Source: Thermoguttaceae bacterium (GTDB taxonomy: Bacteria; Planctomycetota; Planctomycetia; Pirellulales; Thermoguttaceae). Taken from it: a stretch of 27,185 bases of DNA. Within the stretch, counting starts at the first letter, position 1. Each line of letters starts with the position of its first letter. The position numbers and the translations under genes were made by a program. The stretch is taken from assembly GCA_036447015.1 (NCBI GenBank), contig JAZFUB010000432.1:1-27185 (forward strand), given 5' to 3'. This document shows positions 1 to 7,115 of the stretch, one piece after another. Under the pieces are notes generated by a model. It had not been told where the DNA came from. It saw only the letters and a list, made by a program, of their open reading frames with translations, and made no database searches.

Positions 1-1050
1 GATCACCTCGCGGGGGCTGACGGCATGGTCGATGCCCAGCTTGCCCACGACGTTGGCATAGTCGGGACGGCTGACGATCGACATCAGCGTTTTGGCGCCG
101 ACCTCCTTCGCTTCGACGCACGCCATGATGCTGTCTTCATCGTCGCCCGTGCAGGCCACGAACACATCGGCGCTGCCGACGCGTTCCTCTTCGAGGTTGG
201 CTCGGCGTTGGGCGTCGGCGTTGACCACGGTCGCCTGTTTCAGGTGGGCGGCCAGGAACTCGCACCGATCGCGGTCCCTTTCCATCAGCAACACGGCGAA
301 CCGCCGGCCCTCCAACACCCGGGCAAGGTGATAGCCGGTCTCGCCGCCGCCTGCGATGACGACACCCAGCTTCGGAGGCGGCTCCTTCTGAAATTTCTCC
401 TTGACGTCGTCGATGTCTTCTCGGGAACCGATCAGCGTGATGCGGTCGCCGATCTCCAGTGCATCGTCGGCCCCGGCGATCGACGTTCGGCCGTTGCGTG
501 CGATCGAACCGATGCGAACGCTCGAAGGCAGATCGATCTCCTTAAGCGGCACGCCGACCGACGCCATCTTGAATGTGATCAGCACTTCCTGCATTTCCAG
601 TTCACCGCGGGCGAAGTTCTCCACCGCAACGGCGCCCGGGTTGCGGATTGCCCGGGCAAGCTCCATGGCCGAGAGATGTTCCATGCTCAGCAGCCGGTCG
701 ATCTGGAAATGACGCTGATAGTCGAACGTGCTCAGGTCGCGGAAGACGGGGGCGTAGACCCGGGCAATGGTCCGTCGGGCCCCCATGGCCTTGGCCATGC
801 TGGCGGCGATCATATTCACTTCGTCGCTGCCGGTCACTGCCAGGCAGAGGTCGGCCGTGAGCACGCCGGCCTGGAACAAGATGCTCGATTGGGCGGCCGA
901 CCCGGTCACGGCGCGAACGTCCAATTGCTCGTTCACGCGGCGCGTCGTCTCCGGATCGTGGTCCACCACGCTCACGCTATGACCTTCTTCGCAGAGCAAG
1001 TGCGCGATCGAGGTGCCGACAGTTCCCGCCCCCAAGACAACGATTCTCAT
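1..1050 (-). CDS. trkA: Trk system potassium uptake protein TrkA (3' end runs off the window)
   Basis: My translation of the reverse complement from ATG at 1050: MRIVVLGAGTVGTSIAHLLCEEGHSVSVVDHDPETTRRVNEQLDVRAVTGSAAQSSILFQAG...ADLCLAVTGSDEVNMIAA (RCK_N GxGxxG). A second RCK_N follows (VVIAGGGETGYHLARVLE...ACTGDDEDSIMAC). GGAG lies 8 nt upstream. The frame is open to position 1, so the ORF track missed it. Confidence 0.95.
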   Translation of the reverse strand, partial: MRIVVLGAGTVGTSIAHLLCEEGHSVSVVDHDPETTRRVNEQLDVRAVTGSAAQSSILFQAGVLTADLCLAVTGSDEVNMIAASMAKAMGARRTIARVYAPVFRDLSTFDYQRHFQIDRLLSMEHLSAMELARAIRNPGAVAVENFARGELEMQEVLITFKMASVGVPLKEIDLPSSVRIGSIARNGRTSIAGADDALEIGDRITLIGSREDIDDVKEKFQKEPPPKLGVVIAGGGETGYHLARVLEGRRFAVLLMERDRDRCEFLAAHLKQATVVNADAQRRANLEEERVGSADVFVACTGDDEDSIMACVEAKEVGAKTLMSIVSRPDYANVVGKLGIDHAVSPREVI

Positions 1051-1101
1051 CAGCGATTCTCCGGCAGGGAGAAGGGCCGCCTCGGGCAGCCCCTCGAAAA
1101 G

Positions 1102-1168
1102 CGTAGGTCAGGCTGTGCCTGACGTGGATAATCGATCGTTTTGCCTGTCAGGCACAGCCTGACCTACG
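1102..1168. repeat. REP-like doublet, family B (GTAG-tagged)
   Basis: cgtaggtcaggctgtgcctgac (1102-1123) and its exact reverse complement gtcaggcacagcctgacctacg (1147-1168). Each arm is itself a hairpin (gtcaggc-tgt-gcctgac) preceded by GTAG. Confidence 0.9.
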
Positions 1169-1176
1169 AGATTTGC

Positions 1177-1383
1177 TCACGCCTGCCAGGAGATGAGCAT
1201 CAAGACTGCGAAAATCACGCCCATGAACCCCAAGACCCAAACCCCGATGCGCAGTGCGTGGACGAGGATCGGGTTGACCTCTTCGTGCCGGGTGGCCGAG
1301 TAGACCAAACTGACCGCGACGATCAGCGGCAGCGTGTACCACATGTCGTTGATTCCGACGACGCCCAACAAGAGATTGTCCAT
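1177..1383 (-). CDS. Small (68 aa) two-helix membrane protein, planctomycete-type hypothetical
   Basis: MDNLLLGVVGINDMWYTLPLIVAVSLVYSATRHEEVNPILVHALRIGVWVLGFMGVIFAVLMLISWQA has two hydrophobic segments around a YSATRHE motif. It lies between the DUF6677-like gene and trkA on the same strand. Confidence 0.8.
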   Translation of the reverse strand: MDNLLLGVVGINDMWYTLPLIVAVSLVYSATRHEEVNPILVHALRIGVWVLGFMGVIFAVLMLISWQA

Positions 1384-1399
1384 AGTGGAGCCTTTTCTT

Positions 1400-2113
1400 T
1401 CAGACGGTCTTGGCATCCGACGACGCCTCGCTCTGGTCGTCCTGCTTCTCGCCGCCGCCCTTATCGCCGCCCTTATCGCCGCCCTTATCGCCGCCCTTAT
1501 CGCCGTCCTTATCGTCGTCCTTATCGTCGTCCTTGCCGGTCGTTTCCAGGAAGACCGGCCCGTCCCAGGCGTCGTAGATGGCCAGGATATTCAACAGGCC
1601 GGCAACCATCGTGAAGACGGTTCCCAACTCGAAGAACCGGGCGAGATGGTAATGCAGCGTGTCGAGCGTCGGTTGGCCGTGCTCGTCGAAGTAGTTGAAC
1701 CCGTCGGTGCCTTGTCGATGGCCGGTCAACGGCGGCGGGTACATAAAACCGTTGCCGAACAACGGCCCCTTGCCGTCGCGAGCCCGCAGTGCTTGCACGA
1801 CGGCCGGCAAGGCAGGCAACCCCACGCCGACCTGGCAGAGATACTGCAATCGCTTGTCGCTGGCATGCCACTGGTTAGCGCCGCGCCAGGAGCAATAGAC
1901 CACCCGACCCCAGCCCATCGCATCGCTGCTGCCGAGCGAAAGCCCGTAGACGAACGTTCCCATGATGCAAACGAAGAACAGAGCCGCCTTGGCCGTTCGC
2001 CCCTGGTAGAGGTGGCCCAGGCCGGGAACCAGCCATGCCAGAAAAGCGGCCAGCGCGGGATCTTTCAGATCGACCGACTTCTCGGCCTCGACTTGTTCAA
2101 GCGATTTGGCCAC
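1400..2113 (-). CDS. DUF6677-like membrane protein (TM2-like N-terminus)
   Basis: LKDPALAAFLAWLVPGLGHLYQGRTAKAALFF...ELGTVFTMVAGLLNILAIYDA. GTG start with AAGGAGG RBS upstream. Low-complexity acidic/Gly/Lys tail. Confidence 0.8.
   Translation of the reverse strand: MAKSLEQVEAEKSVDLKDPALAAFLAWLVPGLGHLYQGRTAKAALFFVCIMGTFVYGLSLGSSDAMGWGRVVYCSWRGANQWHASDKRLQYLCQVGVGLPALPAVVQALRARDGKGPLFGNGFMYPPPLTGHRQGTDGFNYFDEHGQPTLDTLHYHLARFFELGTVFTMVAGLLNILAIYDAWDGPVFLETTGKDDDKDDDKDGDKGGDKGGDKGGDKGGGEKQDDQSEASSDAKTV
1453..1534. repeat. 12-bp in-frame tandem repeat, ~7 copies, encoding (G/D)(G/D)DK
   Basis: (cgccgcccttat)x4, cgccgtccttat, cgtcgtccttat, cgtcgtcctt. Confidence 0.95.
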
Positions 2114-2173
2114 GCAAGGGCCTCCTTGGCAAAACGTGATGGAGCGCGTTGCTCTGTCAAGCCTAATGTCTCG

Positions 2174-2239
2174 GGTAGCTGGATTCGCAAGAATTCAGGC
2201 GAATCCGGCAACGCCTGAATTCTTGCGAATCCAGCTACC
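2174..2239. repeat. REP-like doublet, family A (GTAGC-tagged), copy 1
   Basis: ggtagctggattcgcaagaattcaggcg (2174-2201) and its exact reverse complement (2212-2239), with a 10-nt spacer. Confidence 0.92.
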
Positions 2240-2289
2240 TGTCCTATTCTAGCCCCCCCCAGCTACTTTGCTAGTGGGTCGTTCGGCGG

Positions 2290-2349
2290 TGTAGCCGAAG
2301 TCGCCAGACTTTGGGTCGTAAATGCCAAATTCTGGCGAATTCGGCTACA
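2290..2349. repeat. REP-like doublet, family A, copy 2
   Basis: tgtagccgaagtcgccagactttgg (2290-2314) and ccaaattctggcgaattcggctaca (2325-2349); 2 mismatches, 10-nt spacer. Confidence 0.9.
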
Positions 2350-2365
2350 GATGGCACAATTCGGG

Positions 2366-3328
2366 TTAGCCCGGACACAAAGATTTCAGCCATAAAACGT
2401 TCTCTGGGGGGGTGTCGTATGGCAAGGCTCCGGTTCCCAGGCAAACGTTCTCCCGCCCGGCCGTCAGCCTTCTGATACGCTCGACCTCGCGGCAAAGTTC
2501 GTCTCGAGTGCCATGAACCAGGACCTGGGACGAAGTGTTTACCCGGACCCGAACATTCGTCCGGTCCCAGATTATCTTCATGAACGCCTCTTGATCGGTC
2601 TCGATCGGACAGACAACATATCGGGTGCCGGTTTCCAAAAGGGCTTCGAGAATGGGGGCCGTATCGCCGCCGAGGATGCAGGGAATCGCATCGCGGACGA
2701 CGCCCGACGCACAGAGCACCGTCATCGCACCCAGCGACGGAAGTTCAATGGCTCGGAACATCTCCGGTGAAAGCAACGGCGGCGCCGCGGCCGACTCGAA
2801 CAGGGCGATGCCGACACCTGCCCGATGAATCGCTTCACAGAAGCCCAATTGCCCGTCGACGAGCCGTCGCAGACCGTCGGTCACCCGGTCCGGATCCTGG
2901 ATCGCCTCGCACAGGAGCGTCTCGAGGCCGACCAGATTGCCGGCGATCGAAAACGGCCCACTCAGCGGCACTCGCACGTCGGCTTCGGGGAAAGCTCGGG
3001 CAAGTCGACCGGCCACTTCGATGACCATTGCGAGGCGCCCCGCCGTCGCCGGATCGAAGGGTTTTAGTTCGGACAACTCGGATGCCGACGTGCAGATGGG
3101 CTTGCCGATCGAGGGGATTCCCGCGCCGTGAGGCCGGTCGACGGTCGCCCCGTAGGCTTCCGCTTCCAGGTTGTAGATGTCGATGCCGACGACGATCGGC
3201 CGGTGGGCGTAACGTCGAAACGCCTCGGCGTGGGCCTCGAAAAGCAGATCGGCATCCCGAGAGACGTCCCACGGCGTTCGGCCGATCAGGTAGGCCGCGT
3301 GTTCGTAGACGGAGGGAGAGAAATCCAT
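2366..3328 (-). CDS. Uroporphyrinogen decarboxylase / MtaA-CmuA family protein (copy 2)
   Basis: MDFSPSVYEHAAYLIGRT...IVVGIDIYNLEAEAYG...VRVPLSGPFSIAGNLVG...FESAAAPPLLSPEMFRAIELP...CLGTGALPYDTPPENV. The ATG at 3328 is 12 nt after the upstream stop; the longer ORF start at 3427 overlaps the upstream gene. Confidence 0.85.
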   Translation of the reverse strand: MDFSPSVYEHAAYLIGRTPWDVSRDADLLFEAHAEAFRRYAHRPIVVGIDIYNLEAEAYGATVDRPHGAGIPSIGKPICTSASELSELKPFDPATAGRLAMVIEVAGRLARAFPEADVRVPLSGPFSIAGNLVGLETLLCEAIQDPDRVTDGLRRLVDGQLGFCEAIHRAGVGIALFESAAAPPLLSPEMFRAIELPSLGAMTVLCASGVVRDAIPCILGGDTAPILEALLETGTRYVVCPIETDQEAFMKIIWDRTNVRVRVNTSSQVLVHGTRDELCREVERIRRLTAGRENVCLGTGALPYDTPPENVLWLKSLCPG

Positions 3329-3339
3329 GGTGCCGACCG

Positions 3340-4365
3340 TCAGTTCGCGTGCATCGGCAGCGGTTGGGCCCACTGATCGAAGGCGGCGATGAGGTTTCCG
3401 ATGGGCACGTTTTCGCTCCATTCGCACTGGGCGATGACCCCGCCGCTACCGAAGTCCAGCGCCTTGCGAACTCGCAGGACGGCCTCGCGAATCTCCTCGA
3501 CCGTGCCCAACGGAAGCGTCCGTTGCCGATCGATCTCGCCCCAGAAGGTCACTTGGCCGCGGAACCGCTTGGCCAACCGCTCGATCTTCATGGCGAACAG
3601 TTGCGAGTGGATCGCGTCGACGCCGATCTTCACCAGATCGCCGAAGATGTCGGAGATATCGCCGTCGGAGTGGAAGAAGGCGAACTTGTCCTTGGCGTGG
3701 AGGATTTCGCAGTAGTCACGGTACAGAGGTCGGAACAGGTCCCGCCACATTTCCGGGGCGATCCGCAGGCCGCTCTGCGATCCCCAATTGTCGCAGAAGA
3801 CCACACCGTCGACGTCCGAGTCGGCCCAGAGCTCCATCTCCTTGCAGAAGAAATCGTGCAGCATTGCCAGCAACGTGTGAATTCGCTTGCGCCCGCTTCG
3901 CAGATCGGCCAGCGCAGCCTCCGCGCCGCGGAGATGTTGCAGCCGCTCGAACGGCCGTGTCTCGGTCTGCGCGAGAACGAAGCGCGAGGTCTCGGCACAG
4001 TTGCGGTTGATCGGGGCAAGGTTGATGCCCCCCAGAATTTCCCAGGGCGGTTCGTACTGTGCGATCTCCGCAACGGTCACCAGCGGAGACTCTTCGAGGG
4101 TGCCGATCGCACCGTCCGAGGCCACGTGCCACGTACACCCCCAGGCGTCGGTGTGCGTGCCCTTTCGGGAAGGTTTTCCCTTGGATCGCTTGCCCGGCGG
4201 AACCTTGAAGTCGGGCCTGACGATGTCGCTGGGAAACCGGGTTTCCATTTCGGCCAACTCGTCGGGGCGCGAACGCTTGATTGCCGAGCGGACCCAAAGA
4301 TCCCGCGGTATCCGGTCGACCGGTTCGTGATTCAATGTGCGGATAACAAGCTCTCGCGAAGTCAT
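3340..4365 (-). CDS. Uroporphyrinogen decarboxylase / MtaA-CmuA family protein (copy 1)
   Basis: MTSRELVIRTLNHEPVDRIP...TDAWGCTW...PFERLQHLRG...DNWGSQSGLRIAPEMWRDLFRPLY...FFHSDGDI...TFWGEIDRQRTLPLGTVEEIREAV...GGVIAQCEWSENVPIGN. Confidence 0.88.
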   Translation of the reverse strand: MTSRELVIRTLNHEPVDRIPRDLWVRSAIKRSRPDELAEMETRFPSDIVRPDFKVPPGKRSKGKPSRKGTHTDAWGCTWHVASDGAIGTLEESPLVTVAEIAQYEPPWEILGGINLAPINRNCAETSRFVLAQTETRPFERLQHLRGAEAALADLRSGRKRIHTLLAMLHDFFCKEMELWADSDVDGVVFCDNWGSQSGLRIAPEMWRDLFRPLYRDYCEILHAKDKFAFFHSDGDISDIFGDLVKIGVDAIHSQLFAMKIERLAKRFRGQVTFWGEIDRQRTLPLGTVEEIREAVLRVRKALDFGSGGVIAQCEWSENVPIGNLIAAFDQWAQPLPMHAN

Positions 4366-4698
4366 TCCTCTGCCTCGCCAATTCCCGGGGCCTGTAACGT
4401 TCCCGTAATGTTACAACGTCGGCAACCGCTGGCCAATGCCTTTTCCAATTAGTTTGACAACGCCATGTGTAATGCCATGCGTAACGCTATCCAACGCTCG
4501 GCCATCGAACTTTTAGCGGATGGGCTTGCCCGGCGTGTTTGGGGGGTATTCCGGCTTTACTTAGCCCCTAATGCGACTGTCAAGCCATGCCACTACACGC
4601 TGGGTGGTGTTACACATGGCGATGCCAAGCTACACTTTGTCAGAGTTCCCGTCCATACGCGACCACACGATGCCAGTTACCCAATCGGAGAACTTTCC

Positions 4699-5886
4699 AT
4701 GACATTTCGCAACCCAAGCTTCGACCGTGCGGCCTGTTGGGTGATCACTGCGGTGGCCCTGACGGCGTTGCTGACGAGCACTGCCCTGTCGGCCGAGGAT
4801 TCGCCCACGCGTCCGGTCAACAGCAGCGTCGAAATCGATTTGGACGGCCACGCACATCGCCAGGTCGTCGTCGACCGGGAAAAGGGCCAATACCTGGGCC
4901 ATCCGACCACCTGCCTGCTGGAAGACGGCCGGACGATGCTGTGCGTCTATCCCAAGGGACACGGCCGGGGAGCGATCGTCTACAAACGGAGCACCGACGG
5001 CGGCAAAACGTGGTCCGATCGGCTGCCGACGCCCGCCAGTTGGGCCACGTCACGAGAAGTGCCCACGCTGCATCGCGTCGTCGATCCGGAGGGCAAGAAG
5101 CGGATCATCATGTGGTCGGGCCTCTATCCGGCCCGGCTGGCTGTCACCGACGACGATGGAGCCCATTGGTCCGAGCTCGAACCGGTCGGCGACTGGGGCG
5201 GCATCGTGGTGATGGGATTCGTCGAGCCGCTTGCGGCCGGCCAAGGCCGTTATTTGGCGATGTTCCACGACGATGGGCGGTTCTTCGCAGCAACTCTCGG
5301 CACTCGTACGATGACCCTCTACAAAACGTTCAGCGAAGACGGCGGACTGACCTGGTCGTTTCCCAAAACCGTCTACGCTTCGTCCGAAGTTCACCTGTGC
5401 GAGCCGGGCTGCATCCGGTCGCCTGATGGGAAGCAGTTGGCCGTGCTCCTGCGGGAAAACGCCCGGCGGAAGAACTCGCACGTGATCTTCTCCAACGATG
5501 AGGGCAAGAGCTGGACCGAACCGCGCGAGTTGCCCCTGACGCTGACCGGCGACCGACACACGGGCAAATACGGCCCCGACGGCCGGCTGTTCATCAGTTT
5601 CCGATGCCGTTCGCCGCGGGAGAAGGCCGCCGACAGGTCCTTCGAGGGTGATTGGACCGGTTGGGTCGGCACGTATGACGACATTGCCGAGGGCCGACCG
5701 GGACAGTACACCGTGCGACTGAAAGATAACACGTACGGCTACGACACCACGTATCCCGGCGTCGAAGTCCTGCCCGACGGAACGTTCGTCGTCACCACGT
5801 ACGGCCATTGGGACAAGGGCGAGAAGCCCTATATCCTGAGCGTGCGTTTCACGCTCAAGGAACTTGATGCGTTGGCCGCCGAATAG
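4699..5886 (+). CDS. Secreted BNR/Asp-box (sialidase-fold) protein
   Basis: The ATG at 4699 has GGAG upstream and is followed by a signal-peptide-like segment (...ITAVALTALLTSTALSA-EDS). Four Asp-boxes: STDGGKTW, TDDDGAHW, SEDGGLTW, SNDEGKSW. Confidence 0.88.
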   Translation: MTFRNPSFDRAACWVITAVALTALLTSTALSAEDSPTRPVNSSVEIDLDGHAHRQVVVDREKGQYLGHPTTCLLEDGRTMLCVYPKGHGRGAIVYKRSTDGGKTWSDRLPTPASWATSREVPTLHRVVDPEGKKRIIMWSGLYPARLAVTDDDGAHWSELEPVGDWGGIVVMGFVEPLAAGQGRYLAMFHDDGRFFAATLGTRTMTLYKTFSEDGGLTWSFPKTVYASSEVHLCEPGCIRSPDGKQLAVLLRENARRKNSHVIFSNDEGKSWTEPRELPLTLTGDRHTGKYGPDGRLFISFRCRSPREKAADRSFEGDWTGWVGTYDDIAEGRPGQYTVRLKDNTYGYDTTYPGVEVLPDGTFVVTTYGHWDKGEKPYILSVRFTLKELDALAAE

Positions 5887-5905
5887 GTCGACGTGAAACA
5901 TTCTT

Positions 5906-5970
5906 GTAGCCGGATTCGCAAGAATTCGGGCGTTTTCATCGCTCACCCGAAGTCTTGCGACTTCGGCTAC
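5906..5970. repeat. REP-like doublet, family A, copy 3
   Basis: gtagccggattcgcaagaattcggg (5906-5930) and cccgaagtcttgcgacttcggctac (5946-5970); same consensus as the 2174 and 2290 copies. Confidence 0.9.
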
Positions 5971-6003
5971 GGCACGACGATTTCGAACCTCGAAGGAAAA
6001 ATC

Positions 6004-6915
6004 ATGGACGATCGCTTGCAGGGCCTTATTGCGGCCACCTATACGCCGATGGACGACCGGGGCCGGCTGAACCTCGAGCCCGTGCGACCGACGGTCGATC
6101 GGCTGATCGACGAGGGCGTGACCGGACTGTACGTGTGTGGAAGCACGGGCGAGGGGATGTCGTTGACCGGCACCGAGCGGCGTGAGGTAGTCGAGGCATT
6201 CACCGAGGCGGCCGCCGGTCGAGTGCCCGTGATCGCCCAGGTGGGACACAACAGCGTGGCCGAGGCCGCCGAACTGGCCGCCCATGCCCAACAGGCCGGC
6301 GTCGACGTGGTTTCCGCCACGGCTCCCTCCTACTTCAAGGTGACTTCCGTCGAACAATTGGTCGATTGCATGGCGGAAATCGCCGCGGGAGCCCCCGAAC
6401 TGCCCTTCTACTACTACCACATCCCGGCGCTGACCGGCGCGGCACTCGATATGCCCACCTTCCTGCAACGGGCCGGCGAGCGAATCGCGAATCTGGCCGG
6501 GCTCAAATACACGTCTCCAACGGTCCACGAATACCAGGCCTGCCTGGAGTTGGATGGCGGCCGATACGACATTTTATGGGGATGCGACGAGATGCTGCTG
6601 TCGGGATGGGTTGCCGGCGCCCGGGGCGCCGTCGGCAGCACGTACAACATCGCCGCACCGCTCTACGGGCGAATTATCGAGGCATTTGAGGCCGGGAACC
6701 TCGAAGAGGCCCGTCGACTGCAGGGGCTCTCGGTCACGATGGTTCGCACGATCGCCCGTTGGCCGTTTCACTCGGCCATGAAGGAAATCCTGCGAATGAT
6801 CGGGTCGCAGTGTGGACGGTGCCGCCTCCCGCAGCCTCGCCTGACCGGCGACGAGATCGCCGAATTGCGGGGGAGTCTCGAAGAAATCGGGTTCTTCGAT
6901 TGGGCCCGACCGTGA
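6004..6915 (+). CDS. Dihydrodipicolinate synthase family aldolase, N-acetylneuraminate lyase (NanA/NPL)-like
   Basis: GLYVCGSTGE, PFYYYHIPALTG (catalytic Tyr), GLKYT (Schiff-base Lys), LWGCDE, GAVGSTYN. ATG at 6004 with GAAGGA RBS. Confidence 0.9.
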   Translation: MDDRLQGLIAATYTPMDDRGRLNLEPVRPTVDRLIDEGVTGLYVCGSTGEGMSLTGTERREVVEAFTEAAAGRVPVIAQVGHNSVAEAAELAAHAQQAGVDVVSATAPSYFKVTSVEQLVDCMAEIAAGAPELPFYYYHIPALTGAALDMPTFLQRAGERIANLAGLKYTSPTVHEYQACLELDGGRYDILWGCDEMLLSGWVAGARGAVGSTYNIAAPLYGRIIEAFEAGNLEEARRLQGLSVTMVRTIARWPFHSAMKEILRMIGSQCGRCRLPQPRLTGDEIAELRGSLEEIGFFDWARP

Positions 6916-6932
6916 AGAATCCATTGAAGAAG

Positions 6933-7017
6933 TTGGGTGGCACGTCCCTGAGGAACGAAGGGCGTGGTCGGTCTCGGTTGAACCACGCCCTTCGTTCCTC
7001 AGGGACGTGCCACCCAA
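6933..7017. repeat. REP-like doublet, family E (36-bp perfect inverted repeat)
   Basis: ttgggtggcacgtccctgaggaacgaagggcgtggt (6933-6968) and its exact reverse complement (6982-7017), with a 13-nt spacer, just after the aldolase stop. Confidence 0.92.
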
Positions 7018-7045
7018 GTCTCTCTGCCCGCGAACCATTTCGTGC

Positions 7046-7074
7046 TTTACACAAACGGTCCGTTCGTATTTAAT
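7046..7074 (+). promoter_or_regulatory. Putative sigma70-type promoter for the ROK gene
   Basis: TTTACA-17 nt-TTTAAT, ~40 nt upstream of ATG 7116 (GGAGG RBS). Confidence 0.5.
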
Positions 7075-7115
7075 AGCAGTAGGCTCCAACGACGCAAGCT
7101 CAGGGAGGGCATTCC

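Noticed and set aside
25-1122. 365-aa plus-strand ORF
   Set aside because: It is the antisense shadow of trkA, whose minus-strand frame has clear RCK motifs. The same applies to other long shadow ORFs (1334-2218, 3028-4452, 5050-6528, 7047-8204, 12742-13842, 14385-15968, 24816-26000, 26005-27105), which are common in high-GC DNA.
4465-4698. Longer N-terminal extensions from the ORF track (also 5893, 10011, 13800 and 26059)
   Set aside because: Downstream ATGs have RBS motifs and start the recognisable domain or signal peptide. The extensions cross promoters or REP elements.
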